Below are positions 1 to 9,698 of a stretch of DNA of 64,000 bases, piece after piece. The translations under genes and the position numbers were made by a program. The stretch's first letter is position 1. Each line of letters starts with the position of its first letter. The stretch lies in the NCBI GenBank assembly GCA_022823625.1, contig JAJEHQ010000011.1, positions 22,889 to 86,888 of the forward strand, read 5' to 3'. The notes under the pieces are model-generated. The model ran no database searches. It worked only from the letters and a program-made list of their open reading frames with translations, and was not told where the DNA came from. This DNA is from Gammaproteobacteria bacterium (GTDB taxonomy: Bacteria; Pseudomonadota; Gammaproteobacteria; Arenicellales; JAJDZL01).

Positions 1-1
1 A

Positions 2-2440
2 AAAATTGATATCGTGATTATTGGTGGCGGTGCAGTAGGGCTCTCGCTCGCCTACCATCTGCTTCAAATCGGTGGCTGCTCAGTTCGACTATTTGAAGCA
101 AACCAAATCGGAAGCGGTACTTCTTGGCATGCTGCAGGTATCGTAGGACCGCTGCGATCCTCCCTAAACATGACAAAAATTGCGATGTACGCGACACACC
201 TGTTCCCGGAACTCGAAAATGAGACGGGACAGTCAACGGGATTTCGGCAAACCGGTGGTCTTTGGCTGGCACAAAATCAGGAAAGACTCACTGAGCTAAG
301 AAGGATTCATGCAATGGGATGTCGAGTCGGATTAGGGGTTGAAATGATCAGTCCTCAGGAAGTGTTGCAAGTAGCACCATATCTGCGCGTAGATGACTTG
401 GCTGGAGCGCTCTGGGTTGACGAAGACGCGCAGGTTTCTCCGGTGGATTTATGTGCTGCTTATGCTGCTGCAATCAAACAGCTGGGTGGGCTGATCGAGG
501 AGGGGCAAGCCGTTGAACGAATTGAGACTAATAATGGCAGACTCAAAGGCATCGCCCTTTTGAACGGTGAGAGAGTTAACTGCGATCGGGTTGTATTGTG
601 TGCTGGCCTGTGGTCTCGAACTTTGGCTGCGAACGTTGGTGCTAATGTTCCTCTGCAGGCTGTTGAACACATGTATGTGGTGACAGAGCCGATTGATCAG
701 TTGCGAGAACCCATACCTGTAATACGTGATTTGGAGTGCGGTGTGTATCTCAAGGGAGATACAGGAAAAATGGTGATTGGCGGATTTGAAAAAGATGCCA
801 AGATCTGGAGTCCGGAGTCAGAGATTCCTGCAGATGATGGATATCTGATGTTTGCTGAAGACTGGGATCAGTTTGAACCGTTTATGCAAGCTGCCGTCGA
901 AAGGATGCCGGTTTTGGAGTCAACGGGAATCCAGATGTTCATGAATGGACCGGAGAGTTTTACACCCGATACAAAGCCATTAATCGGTGAAACACCCGAA
1001 CTTCCCGGGCTGTTTGTCGCAGCAGGATTCAATTCGGTTGGAGTGATGTCATCGGCGGGAGTTGGGCGCGAACTGTCAGAATGGATATTGAACGGTCGTC
1101 CCCGGTTCGATCTGTGGGAAGTTGATATTCGTCGTGTCAGCCCGAAATGGAATAAAACCAAAAACCTGCGCCTACGCATGCAGGAAGCGGTTCATACCCA
1201 GTTTGCAATGCACTGGCCTCTCAAACAGCCTGAGCCGCGAGTGGGGCTTCATCGATCTCCTCTATATGAACGTTTAAAGTGTGCAGGTGCAGTGATTGGG
1301 TGTTTGCCGCACTGGGAGGTGCCATTGTGGTACGCGGAATCAGAGTCGGAGCGCGGAATTATTCATACCTTTGGCGAACAGTCGTGGTGGGATATCAGCC
1401 AACGCGAGGCCGAACAAATGGCTTCTTCTGTTGCACTGATTGATTTCTCGCAGTTTTCAAAATTTGACATTACCGGAAAACGATCCCTTGAAGGTTTGCA
1501 ATACCTGTGTGCTGGTGATATGGATATGCGACCGGGGCAGTCAAAATACACAGTGATGCTAAACGAACGGGGCGGTATTGAAGCCGATGTGACAGTCAGT
1601 CGGCTTGGTTCCAACTCCTTTAGAGTTGTGAGTGGGGCTAGCACACGCTATCGAGACTTATCCCGGATGCGACAATTTTTAGCAGATTTTAATGGCGTAT
1701 TCATTGAGGATCGGACTCAGGATGAAGCAGTACTGGGAGTAATGGGACCATTGGCTAGAGAGGTGTTGCAACGCGTGTTCTCCGAAAATCTACAATCGGA
1801 AAGATTTCCGTTCGGAGACTTTCGAAAGGGAAATATTGGTGGAATGGAAGTAACAGCTCTGAGGCGAAGTTATGCAGGCGAGTTGGGATGGGAGATATAC
1901 ATGCAGGCGGATGATGCGGTGATGGTCTACGATTTGATCAGAGAGGCAGGTGAAGACTTTGGAATTTCGCATCTTGGAATGCTGGCATTAGACGGCTGTC
2001 GAATGGAAAAGGGTTTTGGACATTGGAGTCACGAATGGGGCCCTGACGTGACACCAATCGAAGCTAGGATTGAACACACACTAGGAACGCGTTATCGCGG
2101 CTATTTGGGTTATGGCGCGATACTGCGGCAAAAGGAACAGGGTGTCAGCCAAAGACTTCTTTTATTGGAAGTCCTTCTTCAGACGTCGGAACGCCCACTG
2201 TTGCTACATGATGAGTTGATTTTGTGCAACGATGAAATTGTGGGGTTGACTACATCTGGCTCAGTCGGCCCTAGAACAGGGAAACTGCTGTCTTTTGCAC
2301 TCGTCGAGTTTGAGCCTGGTGAATCATTTTCAGCAATTTGTGACAAGTATTTACAGATTGAAGTGGCTGGAGACTTATACGAAACACGCGTGTTGACTGA
2401 GGCACCATACGATCCAGACGGAATGCGAATGAGAGGCTAG
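2..2440 (+). CDS. Dimethylglycine/sarcosine dehydrogenase-family flavoenzyme (FAD DAO domain + GcvT-type folate-binding domain); 5' end lies outside the window
   Basis: Frame is open from base 2 (KIDIVIIGGGAVG, GxGxxG fold). GTSWHAAG covalent-flavin His motif. C-terminal aminomethyltransferase-like RRSYAGELGWE. Confidence 0.85.
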   Translation, partial: KIDIVIIGGGAVGLSLAYHLLQIGGCSVRLFEANQIGSGTSWHAAGIVGPLRSSLNMTKIAMYATHLFPELENETGQSTGFRQTGGLWLAQNQERLTELRRIHAMGCRVGLGVEMISPQEVLQVAPYLRVDDLAGALWVDEDAQVSPVDLCAAYAAAIKQLGGLIEEGQAVERIETNNGRLKGIALLNGERVNCDRVVLCAGLWSRTLAANVGANVPLQAVEHMYVVTEPIDQLREPIPVIRDLECGVYLKGDTGKMVIGGFEKDAKIWSPESEIPADDGYLMFAEDWDQFEPFMQAAVERMPVLESTGIQMFMNGPESFTPDTKPLIGETPELPGLFVAAGFNSVGVMSSAGVGRELSEWILNGRPRFDLWEVDIRRVSPKWNKTKNLRLRMQEAVHTQFAMHWPLKQPEPRVGLHRSPLYERLKCAGAVIGCLPHWEVPLWYAESESERGIIHTFGEQSWWDISQREAEQMASSVALIDFSQFSKFDITGKRSLEGLQYLCAGDMDMRPGQSKYTVMLNERGGIEADVTVSRLGSNSFRVVSGASTRYRDLSRMRQFLADFNGVFIEDRTQDEAVLGVMGPLAREVLQRVFSENLQSERFPFGDFRKGNIGGMEVTALRRSYAGELGWEIYMQADDAVMVYDLIREAGEDFGISHLGMLALDGCRMEKGFGHWSHEWGPDVTPIEARIEHTLGTRYRGYLGYGAILRQKEQGVSQRLLLLEVLLQTSERPLLLHDELILCNDEIVGLTTSGSVGPRTGKLLSFALVEFEPGESFSAICDKYLQIEVAGDLYETRVLTEAPYDPDGMRMRG

Positions 2441-2443
2441 ACC

Positions 2444-4867
2444 ATGACTGAGTATGCAAGTGTTTTAGTTATTGGCGGTGGGGTTATGGGAACCTCCACT
2501 CTTTACCACCTGACTAAACTCGGCTGGCATGACGTCATTCTGATCGAGAAAAACGAACTGACCCACGGATCGACATGGCATGCAGCAGGGCTTTGCACGC
2601 ACTTTGCACACAATGTGAGCATTATGCAGATGCGAGCTGAAAGCATTCGCCTTTACAAGTCAGCACTGACGGAAGACTCTGGTATGAATGTCGGGTTTCG
2701 TCAGACTGGTGCAATGCGCGTTACCAGGTTGACCGATCGCATGGATGAGTTTCGGCATGTTCAGGGATTGGGGCGATTTGTTGGGCACGAGTTTCACATT
2801 GTTTCTCCAAAAGAGATTGAGGAACTTTACCCGTTAGCCAAAATTCATGGATTGATTGGCGGTATTTACGAGCCGTATGATGGTAACGTTGATCCGAGTC
2901 AGGCAACACATGCATTTGCAGGGGCAGCGCGAGCTCGTGGTGCACGAATATTTCGACAGAGTCCTGCCCTGATGATTGAACGTACGGTTGGCGGTGAGTG
3001 GGAGGTGCATACACCCGCGCGCAAAATCAGGTGTGAACACATCGTCAATGCAGCTGGTACATGGTCTCGGGATATCGGGGAAATGATGGGAGTAGATTTG
3101 CCCGTCGTTCCAGTACTTCATCAGTATCTGGTTACTGAATCTATTGATGAGATTCGAGAAAGATCAACTTCATTACCGATATTCCGGGATCCGGAAGAAA
3201 GTTGGTACACCAGACAGGAACATGACGGATTGATCTTTGGTCCCTATGAGAAGACCCCAGAGGCATGGGCAATTGATGGTGTTCCACAAGACTTTGGTGC
3301 ACATTTGTTGCCACCGGCACTGGATAGGCTCAGCGACATTATTGATGCGGCAACCAAGAGAATTCCTGTACTTGGAAAAGTAGGCATTCGAAGTAATGTC
3401 AATGGTCCGATTACTTTTACGCCAGATGCTAATCCCTTAATCGGCCCAGCATTTAAACTGCCGAATGCATGGCTCATCACCGGATCTTCTATGGGTGTGA
3501 TGGAAGGTGGTGGTGCTGGCAAGTTCCTCGCTGAGTGGATTGAAAACGGCGAGCCGCCGATGGATGCACTTGCTGTAGATCCTCGAAGATTTGGTGATTA
3601 TGTGAACCGGGAGTTTCGGGTTTCCAAAGCGATAGAGAGTTTTGCTCATCAATTTGGTATTCACTATCCGAAAGAGGAAAGACCGGCTGGTCGGCCAGCT
3701 GTCACATCTCCATTCTACCAACCTCTGAAAGAGGAGGGTGCCGTGTATGGCGCTGTATACGGATGGGAACGTCCGAACTGGTTTCGAACCTCGGATAGCG
3801 GTTCAGAAGCGATTGACAGTTTTCGACGGACCAATTGGATTGAGGCCGTAAGTCGCGAATGTCAATTAGTTTCTGAACACGTTGGATTGTGCGACATGTC
3901 AGCACTTGCAAAATTTGAAGTTACTGGTGTTGACGCAGAGAGATTCATGGAGGCTTTGGGTGCAAACACACCACCTCGAAGGATTGGGCGAATTTCGTTG
4001 ATACATGCATTGACTGAGTCGGGTGGTGTGCTATCTGAGTTTATGGCGTTTCGTGTTTCTGAGGATAAATACTATCTAACTTCAGCTGCTACAGCGGCGC
4101 GATTGGACCTTGATGTTTTGCTGGGCCGGTCAACCGATTATCGCGTTAAGGTGAGTTCGGTGACGGATCAATTTGCAGTTTTGAGTATCGCCGGACCTGA
4201 AGCACCTAAATTGCTGAGCAAACTATCTGATTTTGATTGTTCTCAATCGGGTTTTCCGTGGCTCAGTGGTTCAGAGATTCTAATCGCAGGTGTGCGGGTG
4301 CTTGCTCTTAGAATTTCATACACGGGAGAAACCGGTTGGGAACTGCACATTCCTCAAAATAAAGCGGCCACTGTATACGCTGCTTTAGTTAATGCCGGGA
4401 CAGAATTTGGACTTGGCGTATTTGGTGCGTTCGCTGTTGATTCGATGCGGTTAGAAAAAGGATACCGAGCCTGGGGAATGGATCTGACAACGGAGAGAAC
4501 ACCATTGGAGGCAGGGCTAACACACTTGGTCAATCCTGAAAATCGTCAGTTCATCGGACGAGAAGCGTTGTTGCGTCGTGAGGAGTCAAACAACCGATGG
4601 TGTATGAAGTTGTTCGAAATTGATTCTGGAAACATCGACCCCTTTTATCATCATACCATCTATCATGCTGATAAAGTTGTTGGAGTAGTAACTTCTGGTG
4701 TATATGGACATCGTATAAAAAAGCCAATAGCGTTAGGCTACCTGACTGATAAAGCTGTCGTTAGAGAAGGTGAATTTGAGATTGAAATTATTGGTAAGAG
4801 ATACTCAGCGAAGATTCTTGAGCAACCACCATACGACGCAATAAACAGTCTGCAGCAAAGCGATTAA
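2444..4867 (+). CDS. Second dimethylglycine/sarcosine dehydrogenase-family flavoenzyme (DAO + GcvT domains), tandem paralog
   Basis: VIGGGVMGTS Rossmann motif, GSTWHAAG motif, ISYTGETGWE GcvT motif. Starts 3 nt after the stop of the upstream paralog. Confidence 0.85.
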   Translation: MTEYASVLVIGGGVMGTSTLYHLTKLGWHDVILIEKNELTHGSTWHAAGLCTHFAHNVSIMQMRAESIRLYKSALTEDSGMNVGFRQTGAMRVTRLTDRMDEFRHVQGLGRFVGHEFHIVSPKEIEELYPLAKIHGLIGGIYEPYDGNVDPSQATHAFAGAARARGARIFRQSPALMIERTVGGEWEVHTPARKIRCEHIVNAAGTWSRDIGEMMGVDLPVVPVLHQYLVTESIDEIRERSTSLPIFRDPEESWYTRQEHDGLIFGPYEKTPEAWAIDGVPQDFGAHLLPPALDRLSDIIDAATKRIPVLGKVGIRSNVNGPITFTPDANPLIGPAFKLPNAWLITGSSMGVMEGGGAGKFLAEWIENGEPPMDALAVDPRRFGDYVNREFRVSKAIESFAHQFGIHYPKEERPAGRPAVTSPFYQPLKEEGAVYGAVYGWERPNWFRTSDSGSEAIDSFRRTNWIEAVSRECQLVSEHVGLCDMSALAKFEVTGVDAERFMEALGANTPPRRIGRISLIHALTESGGVLSEFMAFRVSEDKYYLTSAATAARLDLDVLLGRSTDYRVKVSSVTDQFAVLSIAGPEAPKLLSKLSDFDCSQSGFPWLSGSEILIAGVRVLALRISYTGETGWELHIPQNKAATVYAALVNAGTEFGLGVFGAFAVDSMRLEKGYRAWGMDLTTERTPLEAGLTHLVNPENRQFIGREALLRREESNNRWCMKLFEIDSGNIDPFYHHTIYHADKVVGVVTSGVYGHRIKKPIALGYLTDKAVVREGEFEIEIIGKRYSAKILEQPPYDAINSLQQSD

Positions 4868-4900
4868 ATTTTCACTAACCGAAAAAACCATCCAATCCGT

Positions 4901-5743
4901 ATGAGCGATCTATTTGATTTCCTGCCCAAAAATCAGCTTTTTGCTGTTTTTGGTAATCCCATCTCACACAGTAAATCGCCTTTGGTTCATGGCCTGTTCG
5001 CGAAAGAATTCGGGATCAATATGGAATATCGCGCTGTTCATGTTGATATTGGTGGGTTTGAGCAGGCGGTCAGTGGATTCCAAGCTAATGGCGGCAACGG
5101 TCTCAACGTAACGGTCCCGTTTAAATTGAATGCCTGGAAATTAGCTGATCAATTAACTGATCGTGCTCGCCTTGCTGGAGCAGTCAATACCTTGACACTT
5201 GACGATGTCCTCAAAGGTGACAATACTGATGGTGCAGGTTTGGTTAAGGACATCGAAACCAACCTTGGCGTACCTTTCGTCGACACAAATATTCTCATCG
5301 TTGGAGCCGGTGGCGCTGTCCGCGGCATACTGTCACCGATTCTAGAGCTAAGGCCAAAACTTCTCGCAATCGCAAATCGCACCAAGGGTAAAGCTGATGA
5401 GTTAGCTAAAACTTTTTCTGACTTCGGAAACGTCAAGGCATTTGCGTTGGACGAGGCGGATTCAATTGCTTATGACATCATCATTAACGCCACTTCAACA
5501 GGCATTCACGGAGAACTCCCTCAAATTTCATCTCGAATATTTGAGAACACCAAGCTGGTTTACGATCTTGTGTATGGCAAGCATCCCACTCGATTTATGG
5601 AATGGGCTAAAGAAAGCGGTGTTGATCAGATTTCAGATGGACTGGGTATGCTTGTTGAACAGGCTGCCGAGTCATTCAACGTGTGGCATGGTCTAATGCC
5701 GCAGACTATTCCGGTGATTCAGGCCGTCCGCGAAAAGTTATAG
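4901..5743 (+). CDS. aroE: Shikimate dehydrogenase
   Basis: NPISHSKSPLVH, NVTVPFK, NTDGAG and VGAGGAVRG motifs in canonical order; 280 aa. Confidence 0.9.
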   Translation: MSDLFDFLPKNQLFAVFGNPISHSKSPLVHGLFAKEFGINMEYRAVHVDIGGFEQAVSGFQANGGNGLNVTVPFKLNAWKLADQLTDRARLAGAVNTLTLDDVLKGDNTDGAGLVKDIETNLGVPFVDTNILIVGAGGAVRGILSPILELRPKLLAIANRTKGKADELAKTFSDFGNVKAFALDEADSIAYDIIINATSTGIHGELPQISSRIFENTKLVYDLVYGKHPTRFMEWAKESGVDQISDGLGMLVEQAAESFNVWHGLMPQTIPVIQAVREKL

Positions 5744-5785
5744 GCTCCCCGAAGAACGCTAATTCCAGCTGGTCAATAGCGATCC

Positions 5786-7411
5786 TTAAATTTCCCGGGC
5801 GCGCTCGCGTAGTACGAACTTCTGTATTTTTCCAGTTGAGGTTTTAGGCAAGGGTCCAAACACGACCGATTTCGGAATCTTATAGTGTGCGAGATTCTGT
5901 CTGCACCAGGTAGTTACATCCTCTTGTGTGAAAGAGTGTTCCTTTCCCGGGGCGATTGTGATGAACGCACAGGGCGTCTCGCCCCACGTTTCGTCCGGTT
6001 TGGCGACTACCGCTGCTTCCATGATGCTCGGATGGCGGTATAGAACATCTTCGACCTCGAGACTGGAGATATTCTCACCTCCCGAGATGATGATGTCCTT
6101 GGACCGGTCTCGCACTTCAATGTAACCGTCTTCATGGGTTACACCTAAATCTCCCGTGTGATACCAGTCGCCGGCAAACGCATCCCGAGTCGCGTCTTTG
6201 TTTTTCAAATAGCCGCGCATGACGGTATTGCCGCGTACCATCAACTCTCCCATCGTTGACCCGTCTTCCGGTACGGGTTCCATCGTATCCGGATCAATGA
6301 CTCTGACGTCTTCCAATGTTGGATAGTTCACACCCTGCCTGGCCATCATCGCTGCTCTTTCATCCAGTGAACTGCCGTCCCATTTTTCCTGCCACGCGCA
6401 GACGGTTGCAGGTCCATACGTTTCCGTCAATCCATAAAGGTGAGTGACCCGAAATCCCAACTTTTCCATCTCGGCAATCACCTGACTAGGTGGTGCAGCT
6501 CCACCAGTTGCGACCTCCACGACCCAATCAAACTTGATTTTTTGTTCCTCAGGCGCATGGACAAGCATGTTTAGCACAATTGGAGCGCCGCACATGTGGG
6601 TGACATGATTTTCTTTTATTGAAGGAAAGATATACGCAGGGTCAACCTTTCGAAGACATACATGGGTAGCGGAAACAGCAGTGACTGCCCAGGTGAATGT
6701 CCAGCCATTACAGTGAAACATAGGCAATGTCCAAAGATACACACTGCGGCTGTCCAGTTGAAAAGTCAGTGCATTGCCGAGCGCGTTGAGATATGCGCCG
6801 CGATGATGAAACACTACCCCTTTGGGATTGCCGGTTGTTCCAGATGTGTAGTTGAGACAAATCGCCTGCCACTCGTCCTCCGGTACTAGCCATTGGTAAT
6901 TCGAATCGCCCTCTTCAAGCAAAGATTCGTAATCAGTTTCACCGATCAGATCCCCGCCATCAGCATAGGGGTCATCAATATCAATCACTGTCACTTCGTG
7001 TTTGTGTTGCTGAAGCGCTTCACGGATAACAGGAGAAAATTCTCGGTCAGTAAGCAGTATCTTGGCTTCGCCGTGTTGAAGTGTGAAGCTGATCGTCGCG
7101 GCATCCAGACGATAATTGAGCGCATTCAACACCGCACCGCACATCGGCACACCGTAGTGTGCCTCAAGCATGGCCGGAGTATTCGGAGACATGATCGCGA
7201 CGGTGTTACCAATACCAACACCTCTTCCCGCCAGCGCACTTCCCAGTCTCCGGGCGCGACTGTATAGTTCGCTGTAGGTGTATGTAATATCACCATGAAC
7301 AACAGCAACCTTGTCAGGAAAGACCCGGGCCGTCCGCTCCAGAAAAGTGATCGGGGTTAGAGGATGATAATTTGCTGGATTCTTGTCCAGATGTTGTTCG
7401 TAAATGCTCAC
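5786..7411 (-). CDS. AMP-forming acyl-CoA synthetase/ligase (medium-chain type)
   Basis: YTSGTTGNPKGV AMP-binding motif, TGDLG, SGGENISS, C-terminal KTSTGKIQK. The track ORF extends to 7537. A GTG at 7411 (VSIYEQHLDKNPANY) matches typical N-termini of this family better; start is uncertain. Confidence 0.8.
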   Translation of the reverse strand: MSIYEQHLDKNPANYHPLTPITFLERTARVFPDKVAVVHGDITYTYSELYSRARRLGSALAGRGVGIGNTVAIMSPNTPAMLEAHYGVPMCGAVLNALNYRLDAATISFTLQHGEAKILLTDREFSPVIREALQQHKHEVTVIDIDDPYADGGDLIGETDYESLLEEGDSNYQWLVPEDEWQAICLNYTSGTTGNPKGVVFHHRGAYLNALGNALTFQLDSRSVYLWTLPMFHCNGWTFTWAVTAVSATHVCLRKVDPAYIFPSIKENHVTHMCGAPIVLNMLVHAPEEQKIKFDWVVEVATGGAAPPSQVIAEMEKLGFRVTHLYGLTETYGPATVCAWQEKWDGSSLDERAAMMARQGVNYPTLEDVRVIDPDTMEPVPEDGSTMGELMVRGNTVMRGYLKNKDATRDAFAGDWYHTGDLGVTHEDGYIEVRDRSKDIIISGGENISSLEVEDVLYRHPSIMEAAVVAKPDETWGETPCAFITIAPGKEHSFTQEDVTTWCRQNLAHYKIPKSVVFGPLPKTSTGKIQKFVLRERAREI

Positions 7412-7728
7412 TTCAAATTGAATGCACTGTTGTAATTTGGAAAATTTTACCCTGCGATGAAGATGCGCCTTTGCCTTATTGACATCGTGTAAAAATTGGA
7501 CTTCAAAAGTTGCTGACAAAATGAGAGAAATTCTCAAATTTTCCTGTCAATCAGACCAGCGATGCGAAACCTCAGTTCACTAGGAAAAATTGTTACAGGG
7601 TGGTCAAGATTTCGTGAGAATAATTGACCGGAATTCGCAAGTTTTTCAATTTCTCATTGTTTCTAAAATTGAGACACGACATTCAGATTGTCGAACTTGG
7701 CTCTGGGTTAGTACTGCTGTCTGCAAGG

Positions 7729-8970
7729 TCAAGACCATAAAGTAGAGATTGGGGCGGCAATCAAACGATCACCGAATGGAAGTGTTAAATTGTGATCGTA
7801 TAAAACGAGCCCAAGCACAAATTTATCACCGCATGCGTGCGCTAGACTGCGTAGACCTGCAAAGTCCTTTTTGCTTACACTCGCTGAGGCTTTTACTTCT
7901 ATACCGACAACATAACCACGCATATTTTCGATCACAATATCGACTTCATGTTGATTGTGTTGGCGAAAGTGTGAGAAGAAATACCGCTCTTCGGACCAAC
8001 TGGAAAGTTTCAATAACTCGCCAAGTATAAAACTCTCAAGAATCGGCCCAAACCAGGTTCTGTCGTGTTCAAGAGGATGTTGAGAGACGCCTTTTAGCAC
8101 AGCCAGTAATCCCGAATCAAGAAAATGAAGTTTGGGAGATTTTGCAAGTCGTTTTAGTCTGTTTGTAGTCCATGGACGTAATGGATGAATCAGTAATAAT
8201 TGTTCAAAAACTCTGACATACTTTTTTGTTGTCACATGATTCATTCCAACCATCGATCCAATTTTTGAAAAGTTAGCAAGTTGTCCTGACAACTCGGCAA
8301 GTGTCTGGAGCAATTCGGGCATTGCGTTTAACTGATCAATTCGTGTGATATCGTAAACATCCCGTCGAATAATAGCGTCAATGTAGTCCAGATACCAGTC
8401 CCGTCGACGGTGTCCACTCGGACGTGTAAGAGCTTCAGGATATCCACCTGCGAGCACAACTTCAGCAAGCTTATTGTCAATCAATAAATTCTTTGTCGGC
8501 ATTGAGATTTTTCGGGCGAAAACATCTGACAGAAATGATGAACGTGAATCGTTCAGCTCTGACTGTGACAAGGGCAATAAACGAATCATCGAAATACGGC
8601 CAGCAAGCGAATCTGCAAGTCGTGGAGATTTAAGAAAATCTGCGGAGCCCGTAAGCAAAAAACGTCCGGGCCGAGAATCAGAATCTACAGAATATTTAAT
8701 TGCCAGAATTAATTCTGGAACCCGATGTACTTCGTCTATAACCGCACGATCAAGAATACGTATGAAACCAACTGGATCATCTGATGCCGTTTTGCGTATT
8801 GTTAAATCGTCAAGTGAATAATATGGCATATTATCATCTGCGATTTTTTGTGCAAGCGTCGTCTTTCCAGACTGTCGGGGACCAGAAATAAATACGACTC
8901 GAGTATCGCTTAGCGCTTCTCGAACGCGGTCTTCAACAAAACGCGGATACATTCCAGTAGTCAATGTCAT
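7729..8970 (-). CDS. AAA+ ATPase of the COG1373 / DUF4143 type (function unknown)
   Basis: Walker A GPRQSGKTT, Walker B-like AVIDEV, 413 aa with the C-terminal region typical of this family. The gene looks AT-richer than its neighbours by eye. Confidence 0.7.
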   Translation of the reverse strand: MTLTTGMYPRFVEDRVREALSDTRVVFISGPRQSGKTTLAQKIADDNMPYYSLDDLTIRKTASDDPVGFIRILDRAVIDEVHRVPELILAIKYSVDSDSRPGRFLLTGSADFLKSPRLADSLAGRISMIRLLPLSQSELNDSRSSFLSDVFARKISMPTKNLLIDNKLAEVVLAGGYPEALTRPSGHRRRDWYLDYIDAIIRRDVYDITRIDQLNAMPELLQTLAELSGQLANFSKIGSMVGMNHVTTKKYVRVFEQLLLIHPLRPWTTNRLKRLAKSPKLHFLDSGLLAVLKGVSQHPLEHDRTWFGPILESFILGELLKLSSWSEERYFFSHFRQHNQHEVDIVIENMRGYVVGIEVKASASVSKKDFAGLRSLAHACGDKFVLGLVLYDHNLTLPFGDRLIAAPISTLWS

Positions 8971-8977
8971 TCAAAAT

Positions 8978-9075
8978 TGAAAGTATGATACACTAAAATA
9001 TGAAAGTATAGTAATGTAAATATGAAATAATATATTTACATAAATGAAAGAATAATAGTTGTATTTTGAAAGTAT
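8978..9075. repeat. Three direct copies of TGAAAGTAT(R)(R)TA plus a 10-bp inverted repeat, directly upstream of the ATPase start codon
   Basis: TGAAAGTAT at 8978-8986, 9001-9009 and 9067-9075. ATGTAAATAT (9014-9023) and ATATTTACAT (9032-9041) are perfect reverse complements. Confidence 0.6.
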
Positions 9076-9698
9076 GGATAGTGACAAATGAAAAACTGCA
9101 AGCGCCATCTGAACTAGACAGCGATGTGTCTGAAATGGCGATGTCTGGGTAATGTTTTCGTCCGCAGAAGCCGGAAGCACTGGTCTATCCTGGCACGACC
9201 TTCACGGAGATTTTCCAAGAGACATGTACAATGCCAGTCTGTCGTGGAGTTTTCTGGCTGGACAGCAGCTTGTTGGACGGGTTGCTCGTGTGGGTATGAA
9301 GAGCCATCCTGTCATTCATATAATTGAAGCCGAGGACGTGCTAATTGAAAAACTGTTTGCAACCCGTCTGACCAAAGGCATGCGGGACATGGGACTTTCG
9401 GCTTTTTGCGGGCTCAGCCAGTCATAGAGGTTTCTTTCTGGTAGCATGAAGGAAAGGGATGATGGCGGAGCAACTGCACGCTGACTGCAGCGTTTGACAA
9501 AGCACATCCGGGATGCCATCGTGAGGATCCCCAGCTGCTTCAAATCCTCTGAAAACAGGTTGTCAATGAGGCGTTTGCGGTTCTCAGATACCGGTGCGAT
9601 CAGTTCCGGCCGCAGGTCGGAATTGCTTCTATAATTCGTACCTGGGGCCTCCTTTGACAAAGATCGACTCCGAAACTTGGTAAACAGAGAACCCAATA

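Noticed and set aside
8971-9180. 69-aa minus-strand ORF whose stop codon directly abuts the ATPase start codon, which could suggest a coupled small gene.
   Set aside because: Its sequence (…SKYNYYSFIYVNILFHIYITILSYFSVSYFQF) is the translation of the AT-rich repeat region. It has no RBS or motif and is more likely promoter/operator DNA.
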